NCBI GenBank assembly: GCA_037189525.1
Contig: JBBCJC010000002.1
Span: forward strand, 608,001-672,000
Reading direction: 5' to 3'
DNA: 64,000 nt
Origin: Gemmatimonadales bacterium
GTDB lineage: Bacteria; Gemmatimonadota; Gemmatimonadetes; Gemmatimonadales; GWC2-71-9
In this document: positions 1 to 8,805 of the stretch, piece after piece
Layout of the letters: each line of letters starts with the position of its first letter
Position numbering within the stretch: the stretch's first letter is position 1
Made by a program: the position numbers and the translations under genes
The notes under the pieces: model-generated
What the model saw: only the letters and a program-made list of their open reading frames with translations
Database searches by the model: none
Told to the model about the DNA's origin: nothing

Positions 1-326
1 CCACTGCGGACCAGGACCCCCTCGGCCACCAGGCGTCCCGGGTGCCCCGCCTCGAGATAGTTGAGTTTGAGGTCCACGTTGACGAGTCCGGCATCGGCCG
101 GAATCGGGCCGAATGCTGCCCAGAAGGTCGCGGTGTCGACCAGGGTGGCAATCACGCCCCCGTGAACGATGCCGAACGGCTGGAGGTGCTCGGTCGCGGC
201 ATCCAGTTCGATCCGGCACCGGTCCATTTCGATGTCGACCAAGCGCATCGAGATATGGTGCGGAAACGGGGCGGATTGAACCCGGGTGAACAGGGCGGTC
301 AGGTAGGCCGGATTGAGACGTCGCAT
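1..326 (-). CDS. PaaI-family hotdog-fold thioesterase (3' end runs off window)
   Basis: Not in ORF track. Manual translation from ATG at 326: MRRLNPAYLT...QPFGIVHGGVIATLVDTA...VNVDLKLNYL, with the HGG...D hotdog motif. Confidence 0.85.
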   Translation of the reverse strand, partial: MRRLNPAYLTALFTRVQSAPFPHHISMRLVDIEMDRCRIELDAATEHLQPFGIVHGGVIATLVDTATFWAAFGPIPADAGLVNVDLKLNYLEAGHPGRLVAEGVLVRS

Positions 327-387
327 CCCTGAAATTAAGTCAGAATGATCCTGTCTCCACCTCGTATGCCTCTCACGATAGCAATTT

Positions 388-444
388 CGGCCACAATGGC
401 AGTGCCGGTCTTAGTAGAAAGCGGCTGTGCTGTCATTGTGGCCG
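388..444. promoter_or_regulatory. Inverted repeat, candidate enhancer-binding-protein site upstream of hsp20
   Basis: cggccacaatggcag (388-402) and ctgtcattgtggccg (430-444) are 14/15 complementary. Confidence 0.55.
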
Positions 445-452
445 GTTTTGGT

Positions 453-468
453 GGGCACGCCAGGTGCA
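453..468 (+). promoter_or_regulatory. Sigma-54 (-24/-12) promoter for hsp20
   Basis: GGGCACG-ccag-GTGCA: GG(454-455)-N10-GC(466-467), close to consensus TGGCACG-N4-TTGCW. Confidence 0.6.
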
Positions 469-540
469 TTTGGTCCTGGCAGTCGTGAGGCCGCATGTCT
501 CACGGATCCAGAACAACCATCTCTGAGGAGGGATGATCCG

Positions 541-975
541 ATGTTGGTTCGATGGATGGAGCGCCCGGCAGAGTCTCGGCGCGCGTGGCGCGAGGTGAAT
601 CGTCTGTTCGATGAGACCTTCGGGTTGGCAAACGGCAACGGCGCGCAGAACGGGAACGGGTGGTTTCCGGCGGTAGACGTGACCGAGGATGCCCAGGCGT
701 ACCGGGTGGCGCTCGAGTTACCCGGCGTGAAGGCGGCGGACGTCAAAGTCGAAGTGGACGGCAACCGATTGACGGTCAGCGGCGACAAGAAAGTCGAAGT
801 CGATACCCCGACCCGATCCGAGCGGCGGTACGGCAGCTTCAGCCGAGTCTTCACGCTGCCAGAGACGGTCGACACCAATGGGATCGATGCGCGTTCGCAG
901 GATGGGGTGCTGACCATCACGCTCCCCAAGGTCGAGAAGGCCAAGCCGCGGCAGATTGCCGTAACGGCGAGCTAA
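541..975 (+). CDS. Hsp20/alpha-crystallin small heat-shock protein
   Basis: PAVDVTE...LELPGV...ERRYGSFSRVFTLP...DGVLTITLPK; RBS gaggag upstream of ATG 541. Confidence 0.95.
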   Translation: MLVRWMERPAESRRAWREVNRLFDETFGLANGNGAQNGNGWFPAVDVTEDAQAYRVALELPGVKAADVKVEVDGNRLTVSGDKKVEVDTPTRSERRYGSFSRVFTLPETVDTNGIDARSQDGVLTITLPKVEKAKPRQIAVTAS

Positions 976-1001
976 GGACCCCCCGAGGCTTCTGCCTCAC
1001 C

Positions 1002-1047
1002 ACCGCCGCCGTGCGCACCCGGACCGGGTGATGTGCGGCGGCGGTTT
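1002..1047 (+). terminator. Hairpin after hsp20
   Basis: accgccgccg...cacccg/cgggtg...cggcggcggt followed by a short T run. Confidence 0.55.
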
Positions 1048-1133
1048 GGCGTCGAGATCGGAAAACACCCTGGACGCCGCTTCGACCGCTGGCGATCTTG
1101 TTCGGGCACCCCCTGACCAGCACGAGGTTTTCC

Positions 1134-2282
1134 ATGTCGACGTCCCGTCGCCAGTTTCTTCGGCGTGTTTCCGCCAGCGTGGCCGCGATGCCGTTCGTGT
1201 CGGGCCGAGGGCTCGAGGCGGGGTGGGGTGAACCGAATCGGATCCGCGTGGCGGACCCCGCGAGTCTGATCTCTCTCGACAGCAACGAGAACCCCACCGG
1301 GCCGTCGTCCCGCGCCATGGCGGCCATTCGAGACGCCGTCGCCGAGGGAAACCGGTATCCCTATGAACTGGTAGCCGCCCTGCGCGAAAAGGCGGCAGCG
1401 TTCCATGGGGTGACTACCAAAGAGATCCTGCTGGGGTGCGGTTCGACCGAGCATCTTCGGATGATCGTCGACGCCTTTGCCACCCGAGGTTCCGGCCTCG
1501 TCGCGGCCACGCCCACCTATGAGGCGCCACTCAGTGCAGCACGGCGCCGCGGCATCCCGGTCGCGGCCCCGCCGCTCACTGCGGATCTTCGCCTCGATCT
1601 GGACGCCATGCTGAACGCGGCGGCCGGAGCAGGCCTCGTCTACCTCTGTAACCCGAACAATCCGACCGGAACCATCCGCAGCAAGAGCGACATCGAGGGA
1701 TTCATTCGGGCCGTCCTGGCCAAATCACCCAAAGCCACCATCGTCGTCGATGAAGCGTACTTCGAGTACGTCGACGACCCGGCCTACGACACCGTGGTTC
1801 CGCTGGCGCTGGCCGATCCGCGGGTGCTCGTGCTCCGGACCATGAGCAAGGTCTACGGGATGGCGGGGCTTCGAATCGGCTACGCGGTCGGTCACGCCGA
1901 TACCATCGCGGCGCTTGGTGCGCACAGTCTGAATCTCAATATCAATACGGTCGGCGCCGCCGGAGCCATTGCCAGTCTCGGCGACCAGGACCATGTGCGC
2001 AAGGAGCGGAAGCGGAACGGTGAGCTGCGCGCGTCGACCCGGGCGTTCTTCGAAAAGGCCGGCTATCAGGTCGCCGTGTCGCAGACCAACTTTCTCCTGG
2101 TCGACGTCCGTCAGCCGATTGCCGATTTCCGGAAGGCCTGCCAGGATCGAGGGGTGCTGATCGGCCGCCGCTTCGCTCCGCTCGAGACGCATGCGCGCAT
2201 CACGATCGGAACGAAGGACGAGATGAAGAAGGCCGTGAAGGTCTTTGCCGACGTGCTCGGCGTCAGCGCCCAGGCGGGGTGA
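1134..2282 (+). CDS. PLP-dependent class I/II aminotransferase (HisC-like) with twin-arginine signal
   Basis: SRRQFLRR N-terminus; LDSNENP, NPNNPTG, VDEAY, RTMSKVYGMAGLRIGY. Confidence 0.9.
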   Translation: MSTSRRQFLRRVSASVAAMPFVSGRGLEAGWGEPNRIRVADPASLISLDSNENPTGPSSRAMAAIRDAVAEGNRYPYELVAALREKAAAFHGVTTKEILLGCGSTEHLRMIVDAFATRGSGLVAATPTYEAPLSAARRRGIPVAAPPLTADLRLDLDAMLNAAAGAGLVYLCNPNNPTGTIRSKSDIEGFIRAVLAKSPKATIVVDEAYFEYVDDPAYDTVVPLALADPRVLVLRTMSKVYGMAGLRIGYAVGHADTIAALGAHSLNLNINTVGAAGAIASLGDQDHVRKERKRNGELRASTRAFFEKAGYQVAVSQTNFLLVDVRQPIADFRKACQDRGVLIGRRFAPLETHARITIGTKDEMKKAVKVFADVLGVSAQAG

Positions 2283-2385
2283 CCTGCCACGACAGCAACA
2301 TCAGCTGCAGCAGCAGGTACAGCGCCAGGAGCGGCATCAGCGCCGGCAGCAGCGGATGGGTACGACGGGAACGGTAGCGCATCAT
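2263..2385 (-). CDS. Putative 40-aa single-TM small protein
   Basis: MMRYRSRRTHPLLPALMPLLALYLLLQLMLLSWQVTPPGR; starts 10 nt after the S9 peptidase stop; CTG-rich codons. Confidence 0.45.
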   Translation of the reverse strand: MMRYRSRRTHPLLPALMPLLALYLLLQLMLLSWQVTPPGR

Positions 2386-2395
2386 TCCCAAGGTA

Positions 2396-4612
2396 TCACT
2401 GCCCCGCCGTTCCGTCCACGCGACCCTTCAGGTGCTCGTCGTACCACGCCACGATCCGGCGATGGAAGTCCAGGAAGTCGTTCCGGTCGTTCATCGGCGT
2501 CCCATGTCCCCCGTTCATGTAGTTGACCCAGGTGACCGGTTTGCCCAGCCGGCGGAGGGCGTAGTACATCTCCCGCGTGTTGCCCGCCGGCACGTTCGAA
2601 TCCTGCTCGCCGGTGATGAGGAGGAGCGGCGTCGTGATCCGGTCCGCGAACATCACCGCCGAGTGAGCGACATACTTCTGCGGCTGCTCCCACAGGGTTG
2701 CCCCGATCCGGTCCTGGCTCTTCTCGGCCGCGTGGATGTTGCGCACGCCAAGCCGCGGCGAATCGGTGTAGAAGCTGATGATGTCGACTTTGCCGGAGAT
2801 GTTGATCGCCGCTTTGAACCGCTTGGTCTGCGTCACCACCAGATTGGTGGCGTAACCGCCGTAGCTGATGCCCTGCAGGCCCAGCCGTGACGAATCGGCC
2901 ACGCCACGCTCGATCAGATGATTAGCCGCGGCGGTGACGCCCTTGAGCCAGCCCTCGCCCGGGAAGCCCGTCTCCAGCGCCACCGATGGCTGCACCACCA
3001 CGTAGCCGTTGGCCGTCAGCGTCGCGATGATCGACTCGAAACGTTCGTCGAAGAACGACTCGTAGACGTAGAAGATGGTTGGATAGGGTTTACCGCTTTG
3101 ATAGTCGGCCGGATAGTAGACTACGCCGAGCTGGCGCTGGCCGTCGACGTCGAGATAGTTGATCAGCTCGGTCTTGCCCACAGCGACTGCGTCGAACTGG
3201 GGGTTGGTGGCGACGAGCCGGCGTGGCGCGCTCAGGTCCGCGCCGGCTACGTAGAGATCGCCGGGCCTGGCGCCTTGGGAGACGGTAAACACCGCCGTCT
3301 GCCCGTTCCGGGAGAATTGCGGCGTGCTGTAGAGGCGGGTATCGCGTACGGCCGACGTGAGCGCGCCTGCGCGCCGATCGTAGCGCGCGAAGCCGCGTTC
3401 CCACTGCCGCCGGGCGGACACGGAGAGCTGCACCGTCTGGCGATCCTCGCTCCAGCCCACCACGGTGTAACGGGGCTGGGCAATCGAATCGTCGGTGGCC
3501 AGGAACTTCGACCGCGCGCCGGTGGCGGCGTCGATGAACCAGAGCCCTTCCGAATTGCTGGCGATCAGCTCGAGCCCGTCGGTGCTCACCCGGATTGGGG
3601 TGAAGCGTTCTTTGGCCAGGCTGTCGCGCGCGGCTTTGGTCGTGTCGCCCGGCGCGGGGGGCTTGAGCGAACCCGCGATCTGTTTGGGCGTCGAGTCGGT
3701 GACGCTGCCCACCCAGAGCTTGCCGTCCTTGGCGTAGGCGTACCGCAAGCCGTCGCGCGACCAGAGCGGCCGGATCCCTTTCGTCGACGGGACCACGACC
3801 CGGTCGGTGCGTCCCTGCCGCGCCAGCACACGCGACTCCGCGCCGAAGATCACATCGTAATCCGTCTTGGGTGTAGCGTCCGCAGCGTAGACGATCGTTG
3901 AATCATCCTCCGCGACGTGCCACTCGTTGATCATGCCTTCGGGCACCAGCTCCTCGAGTTTCTCGGTGGCGACATCATACGTCACGATGGCGCGCTGGTT
4001 CCCGCGGCGGCGAAGCTCATCCCAGGCCAGGAAGGGGTCTTTGCTCGACTGTACGAACACCGGCCCCTGGGTCATCTCGGCGAACCGTGCCTGTGTGGCC
4101 GTCTTCCAGGCGCGGCTTCGGACTGCGAACACGAGCCGAGTGCCCTGCCGGTTCCAGCGCAGCGTGCTGTTCTCCGCGACATATTTGTCGGCGGGGAGCC
4201 GGAGCGTGCGAGTGCGACCCGTGGTTCGATCCCACACGATCGGGACCAGTTCGTCGCCCTCGGTCCGCACCACCAGCGCCGCCAGGTAGCGGGCATCCGG
4301 CGTCCATGCCGCCGCGCGAACGGTGCGCGACGTGGGGAACACGGCCGTGGCGTTGCCGGTGGCCGTATTGATCGCCCAGAGCCGCGCGGGCGCCGGCCGG
4401 AGGTAGGTCGGGTCCATGTCGCGCCGGTAGTCGACGTCCAGGAGGTCCGCTCGGCTGCTGGAGAGCGCCGCCACCCAGGCGCCATCCTCGCTGATGTCCT
4501 GGATGCTGTAGGTCACCACCTCGAGCGCGTGCTCGGGAGTGAAACGGACCTGCTGTGCCGCGGCCGGTCCGGCGGCGACGACGATCGAGAGAGCGAGGCA
4601 GAGCGCGCGCAT
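2396..4612 (-). CDS. Secreted S9 prolyl oligopeptidase/dipeptidyl peptidase-family protein
   Basis: Signal peptide MRALCLAL...AAA; propeller-like region; GISYGG nucleophile, GEQDSNV Asp, GGHG His. Confidence 0.9.
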   Translation of the reverse strand: MRALCLALSIVVAAGPAAAQQVRFTPEHALEVVTYSIQDISEDGAWVAALSSSRADLLDVDYRRDMDPTYLRPAPARLWAINTATGNATAVFPTSRTVRAAAWTPDARYLAALVVRTEGDELVPIVWDRTTGRTRTLRLPADKYVAENSTLRWNRQGTRLVFAVRSRAWKTATQARFAEMTQGPVFVQSSKDPFLAWDELRRRGNQRAIVTYDVATEKLEELVPEGMINEWHVAEDDSTIVYAADATPKTDYDVIFGAESRVLARQGRTDRVVVPSTKGIRPLWSRDGLRYAYAKDGKLWVGSVTDSTPKQIAGSLKPPAPGDTTKAARDSLAKERFTPIRVSTDGLELIASNSEGLWFIDAATGARSKFLATDDSIAQPRYTVVGWSEDRQTVQLSVSARRQWERGFARYDRRAGALTSAVRDTRLYSTPQFSRNGQTAVFTVSQGARPGDLYVAGADLSAPRRLVATNPQFDAVAVGKTELINYLDVDGQRQLGVVYYPADYQSGKPYPTIFYVYESFFDERFESIIATLTANGYVVVQPSVALETGFPGEGWLKGVTAAANHLIERGVADSSRLGLQGISYGGYATNLVVTQTKRFKAAINISGKVDIISFYTDSPRLGVRNIHAAEKSQDRIGATLWEQPQKYVAHSAVMFADRITTPLLLITGEQDSNVPAGNTREMYYALRRLGKPVTWVNYMNGGHGTPMNDRNDFLDFHRRIVAWYDEHLKGRVDGTAGQ

Positions 4613-4705
4613 GGGCCAATCCTGATTCGAGTCGAATGCGAGTAAGATACAGGCGGCGCGGTGTTGCGGAGGAGCGGCGCCGTCGCGACCCACCCGGGAG
4701 GCAGC

Positions 4706-5563
4706 GTGATTGGCATCATTGGAGGTAGCGGGCTTTACCGGATCGACGGCCTGGACGATCCGGTCTGGCGGAAGGTATCGACCGCGTGGGGCGAACCCTC
4801 CGACGAGCTCCTGACCGGCCGCCTCGATGGACATGACGTCGTCTTCCTGCCTCGGCACGGTCGCGGTCACAGTATCTCGCCGACTGACCTCAATTCCCGC
4901 GCGAATATTGCCGCACTCAAAGAGCTGGGCGTGACCGATGTCATCTCGCTGAGTGCCGTCGGTTCCCTGCGTGAGGATCTCCCGCCCGGTACCTTCGTGA
5001 TCGTCGATCAGTTCGTCGATCGCACCTTTGCCCGCACCAAGAGTTTCTTCGGCAGCGGGCTGGTCGGGCATGTCTCGATGGCCGATCCGGTCTGCTCGCG
5101 CATCGGCGACGCCCTCGAAGGGGCGGCCCGGTCGCTCGATCTCCCCGTCGTGCGCGGCGGGACCTATCTCGTGATGGAAGGGCCGCAGTTCTCGACCAGA
5201 GCCGAGTCCGAGCTCTACCGGAGCTGGGGTATGAGCGTGATCGGCATGACCAATATGCCGGAAGCGAAGCTGGCGCGGGAAGCGGAGCTGTGCTATGCCA
5301 CCGTGGCCATGGTCACCGATTTCGATTGCTGGCATCCCGATCATGCGGACGTGACGGTCGACCAGGTAGTCCGCGTCGTCCAGGAAAATGCGGACGCCGC
5401 GCGGCGGTTGGTGCGGAGTGCGATTCCACGTCTGGCTGCGCATCCCGATCCCTGCCCGAGCCGCTGCGACCGCGCCCTCGACCACGCCATCATGACCGCC
5501 CCGTCAGCCCGGGATCAAGAAGTCGTCAAATGGATGCGGAGCATCGCGGGGCGGGTCTTGTGA
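4706..5563 (+). CDS. mtnP: S-methyl-5'-thioadenosine phosphorylase
   Basis: IGIIGGSGLY, PRHGRGH, EGPQFSTRAES, GMTNMPEAKLAREA, TDFDCWH; GTG with gggagg RBS. Confidence 0.93.
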   Translation: MIGIIGGSGLYRIDGLDDPVWRKVSTAWGEPSDELLTGRLDGHDVVFLPRHGRGHSISPTDLNSRANIAALKELGVTDVISLSAVGSLREDLPPGTFVIVDQFVDRTFARTKSFFGSGLVGHVSMADPVCSRIGDALEGAARSLDLPVVRGGTYLVMEGPQFSTRAESELYRSWGMSVIGMTNMPEAKLAREAELCYATVAMVTDFDCWHPDHADVTVDQVVRVVQENADAARRLVRSAIPRLAAHPDPCPSRCDRALDHAIMTAPSARDQEVVKWMRSIAGRVL

Positions 5564-6090
5564 CCGATCTGCGCCAGTTGATTCGTTCGATTCCGGATTA
5601 TCCGAAGCCCGGGATCCTGTTCCGCGACATCACGACCTTGCTGGCCGACGCCGCGGGGTTTCGCGAAACCATTCGACGCCTGACCGCCAGGTACGAAGGG
5701 CAGGGCATCGCCAAGGTCGCCGCGATCGAGGCGCGCGGGTTCATCCCGGGGGGCGGGTTGGCCGAGCGGATCGGGGCGGGGTTCGTTCCGCTGCGCAAGC
5801 GGGGCAAGCTTCCGGGTGCGTCGGTCGGATTCGACTACCAGCTCGAATACGGCACCGATCGAATGGAAATCCATCGGGATGCCATTACCGCCGGAGAACG
5901 GGTCGTGCTCGTGGATGACCTGATCGCGACCGGTGGCACGGCGCTGGCCGGTCTACATCTACTGCGGTCGCTCGGTGCGCAGGTTGTCGAAGCCTGTTTC
6001 ATCATCGATCTGCCCGATCTGGGCGGCCGGCGCCGGCTCGAAGAGGCCGGCTGCCCGGCGTTCTGTCTGATGGAGTTCGAGGGGCACTGA
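5560..6090 (+). CDS. apt: Adenine phosphoribosyltransferase
   Basis: IPDYPKPGILFRDITTLL, EARGF, RKRGKLP, LEYGTD, VDDLIATGGT; GTGA overlap with mtnP. Confidence 0.95.
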   Translation: MTDLRQLIRSIPDYPKPGILFRDITTLLADAAGFRETIRRLTARYEGQGIAKVAAIEARGFIPGGGLAERIGAGFVPLRKRGKLPGASVGFDYQLEYGTDRMEIHRDAITAGERVVLVDDLIATGGTALAGLHLLRSLGAQVVEACFIIDLPDLGGRRRLEEAGCPAFCLMEFEGH

Positions 6091-7130
6091 TGCGAGTCGC
6101 CGGAGAGTGGCATCGCACCATCGGCCTGAGCGCCGACGGATGGTCGGTCTCACTGATCGATCAGACAGTTCTGCCGGATCGCTTCCAGGTGATCCTGGTC
6201 ACCGATGTCGAGCAGATGGCCGAGGCGATCCGGACCATGCGGGTGCGGGGTGCGCCGCTGATCGGGGTTGCCGCGGCGTTCGGCATGGCGCTGGCCATGC
6301 GTCACGATGCGTCCGACGCGGGTCTCGAGCGCGCTTCCCGGTTGCTCGATGCCACTCGGCCCACGGCCGTCAATCTGCGCTGGGCGCTCGACCAGGTCGG
6401 GGCGGCACTGAGGCCGCTCGCGGTTGCCGATCGCCCGGCGCGTGCCTATCAAGTGGCTGAGCAACTGGCCGACGCGGACGTCGCGACCTGCCAGCAGATC
6501 GGAGCTCACGGGGCGTTGTTGCTTCGGTCCGCCTGGGAGGCTATCGATCGGGCCCGGCCGGTCGAGATCATGACGCACTGCAATGCCGGGTGGTTGGCCA
6601 CGGTCGACTGGGGCACCGCGATGGCGCCGGTGTATCATGCCCACGATGCGGGCGTCCCGCTCCACGTCTGGGTTTCGGAAACCCGGCCTCGCAACCAGGG
6701 CCTGCTGACGGCGTGGGAACTGGGCCAGCACGGGGTGCCGTACACCATCATCACAGACAACGCTGCCGGCCATCTCATGCGACGAGGCCGGGTCGACCTC
6801 TGCATCGTCGGCACCGATCGCGTTGCACAAAACGGCAATGTCGCCAATAAGGTCGGAACCTATCTCAAAGCGCTGGCGGCCTCCGACACCGGCGTGCCTT
6901 TCTATGTCGCGGCGCCGTCGGCCAGCATCGATTGGTCGGCACCGACCGGCGACCAGATCCCGATCGAAGAGCGAGCGGGGATCGAGCTCGGACACGGGAA
7001 GTTGCCGGTGGCCAACCCTGCCTTCGACATCACGCCGGCCCGGTTGGTCACCGCGCTGCTGACCGAGCGGGGCGTGACCGAGGCATCCGCTACCGGGCTG
7101 AGACGGCTCTTTCCCGAGCGAACGGAATGA
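6090..7130 (+). CDS. mtnA: S-methyl-5-thioribose-1-phosphate isomerase
   Basis: VRGAPLIG, RPTAVNL, THCNAGWLATVDWGTA, ETRPRNQG, NKVGTY, NPAFDITP. Confidence 0.95.
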   Translation: MRVAGEWHRTIGLSADGWSVSLIDQTVLPDRFQVILVTDVEQMAEAIRTMRVRGAPLIGVAAAFGMALAMRHDASDAGLERASRLLDATRPTAVNLRWALDQVGAALRPLAVADRPARAYQVAEQLADADVATCQQIGAHGALLLRSAWEAIDRARPVEIMTHCNAGWLATVDWGTAMAPVYHAHDAGVPLHVWVSETRPRNQGLLTAWELGQHGVPYTIITDNAAGHLMRRGRVDLCIVGTDRVAQNGNVANKVGTYLKALAASDTGVPFYVAAPSASIDWSAPTGDQIPIEERAGIELGHGKLPVANPAFDITPARLVTALLTERGVTEASATGLRRLFPERTE

Positions 7131-7783
7131 TCTACCGCGCGGAGCGTGATCAGGTGCTGGAGGCCGCTCGGCGGTGTGTCGCCCGGGGGCTGACGCACGG
7201 GACCTCGGGAAATGTGAGCATCCGGCTTGCAAGCGGCTTTGCGGTGACCCCGACCGGCCTCGATTGTACCGAGGCCGAGCGCGAAGATATCGTGGTGCTC
7301 GACGCTGAAGGAGTGCCGCTTGCTGGGGAGCGACGGGTGCCGTCGAGCGAGTGGCCGATGCATGCGAGGATTTATCAGGCCCGCCCCGAAGTGCGCGCGG
7401 TCGTGCACGGGCACAGTCCGTCCGCAACCGCGCTCGCCTGCCTGGGGCGGGAGATTCCGCCGATCCACTATATGATTGCGATTGCCGGCGGCGATTCGAT
7501 TCGCTGCGCACCGTACCGGCCGTTCGGCACTGATGAGCTGGCCGCTGTCGCGGTCGACGCGCTGGCCGGCCGCAAAGCCTGCCTGCTGGCCCATCACGGG
7601 TTTCTGGCCGTGGGCGAGTCGTTGCCGGAAGCGTTGTCGGTAGCTGGGGAAACGGAATTTTTGGCGGATCTATACTTGCGGCTGCTCCCCCTGGGTGAGC
7701 CGCCCCTCCTTTCGCGCGAGGCCATTGCGGACGCCCTCGCGCGATTTTCGACCTACGGCCAGCCTCGTACCTTGCCGTCCTGA
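7127..7783 (+). CDS. Class II aldolase (FucA-like; putative MTRu-1P/5-deoxyribulose-1P aldolase, Ald2-type)
   Basis: GTSGNVS, PSSEWPMH, VVHGHS, HYMIAIAGG, FGTDEL, LLAHHG; ATGA overlap with mtnA. Confidence 0.88.
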   Translation: MIYRAERDQVLEAARRCVARGLTHGTSGNVSIRLASGFAVTPTGLDCTEAEREDIVVLDAEGVPLAGERRVPSSEWPMHARIYQARPEVRAVVHGHSPSATALACLGREIPPIHYMIAIAGGDSIRCAPYRPFGTDELAAVAVDALAGRKACLLAHHGFLAVGESLPEALSVAGETEFLADLYLRLLPLGEPPLLSREAIADALARFSTYGQPRTLPS

Positions 7784-7786
7784 GCG

Positions 7787-8674
7787 TCAGTCGCGCGCCA
7801 GCATCATGATGAGCCGCGAGATCCGATAGGCCACGATACCGTCCGGCGCGCGGTAGCGAACCCGGACGCCGTTGACCCGCTCCATCCCCGGGACGAACAT
7901 CGCGGCATCGGCGTGGCTCGCGCTGGCCAGTTCGACCTCGAGAACGATCGGCGTGGTGAGCGATATCGGCCGGATGGTCGCGCGACGGCTCAGGCCCGCT
8001 TTGACGCCGTCCCCAATCCGCTGCCGTGCCGTGGCGGGACTCAAGGTCTTGGCGGCCATGAAGCCGAGCCCCTCTTTTACCGCGAGCGCTTCCACCCCAG
8101 GGAAGAACTCCCGCGCCACCTCCGCAAACGCCTGGTCGCCCGAGACAAAGACGACCGGAACGCGATGATGGCCGGCCACCATGCCGGCCGTGCCGTACTC
8201 GCCGACTTCGGTGCCGTTGATCAGAATGTGGCGGAGGGCATGGCTGTAGGTATGGCCCAGGACCGCGTTGGTTTGCGCGGCATGGCCATGGTAGCCGATG
8301 AAGATCACGGCGTCGAAGCTGCCGTCGAGCCCTTCGATCATGCCGAGTGGTTTGGATCGGCCGCTGATCAGCTGGGCGCGCGGATCGAGCTGATCGGCCC
8401 GAAGGTTGGTGTGGGACCCGTGGGCGTCGTTGACGACGACTTCCGTGGCCCCCGCCTCGAACGCGGCGACGATGGCGGCATTGACCTCGCCGAGCATCAG
8501 CGGGCGGGCCCATTCGTAGTCGGATCCGCCGGCTTGAGCGGCGGTCACGACGCCGGCAACACCCTCCATGTCGGCGCTGATGTACACCTTGAGCTTCGAT
8601 TGGGCCGACAATCCGGCCACCGAGAGATGGAGCACGGCCAGCAGGCCGACGAGGGTGCGAACGATACCCGTCAT
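7787..8674 (-). CDS. M55 D-aminopeptidase (DppA family), secreted
   Basis: KVYISADMEGVAG, NDAHG, IGYHG, HTYS, VSGD; N-terminal signal peptide. Confidence 0.92.
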   Translation of the reverse strand: MTGIVRTLVGLLAVLHLSVAGLSAQSKLKVYISADMEGVAGVVTAAQAGGSDYEWARPLMLGEVNAAIVAAFEAGATEVVVNDAHGSHTNLRADQLDPRAQLISGRSKPLGMIEGLDGSFDAVIFIGYHGHAAQTNAVLGHTYSHALRHILINGTEVGEYGTAGMVAGHHRVPVVFVSGDQAFAEVAREFFPGVEALAVKEGLGFMAAKTLSPATARQRIGDGVKAGLSRRATIRPISLTTPIVLEVELASASHADAAMFVPGMERVNGVRVRYRAPDGIVAYRISRLIMMLARD

Positions 8675-8805
8675 GATTTGAGACTCGATCGAGAAGGAAG
8701 GACCGGAAAGTAGGGCGGGGCGCCGGGTGGTGCCAGACGCAGGGCTTGCCAATGGTGGCGCGGTGGCGGCATCATTGCTTCCCCCTCATTCCGCCGACCA
8801 GACCA

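Noticed and set aside
42..332. 96-aa plus-strand ORF
   Set aside because: Antisense shadow of the PaaI thioesterase on the minus strand.
4664..4705. GAGGAGCG upstream of mtnP resembling an SAH riboswitch core
   Set aside because: The following YUGC and the downstream AGGCUC elements are missing.
4613..5485. N-terminal extension making the S9 ORF 1029 aa
   Set aside because: It overlaps mtnP antisense; the signal peptide begins at ATG 4612.
6150..8513. 787-aa minus ORF and similar long ORFs (8671-10326, 22171-24105, 33406-35142, 37935-39734, 40258-42330)
   Set aside because: Arg/Pro/Gly-rich or antisense frames over well-supported genes; expected in high-GC DNA.
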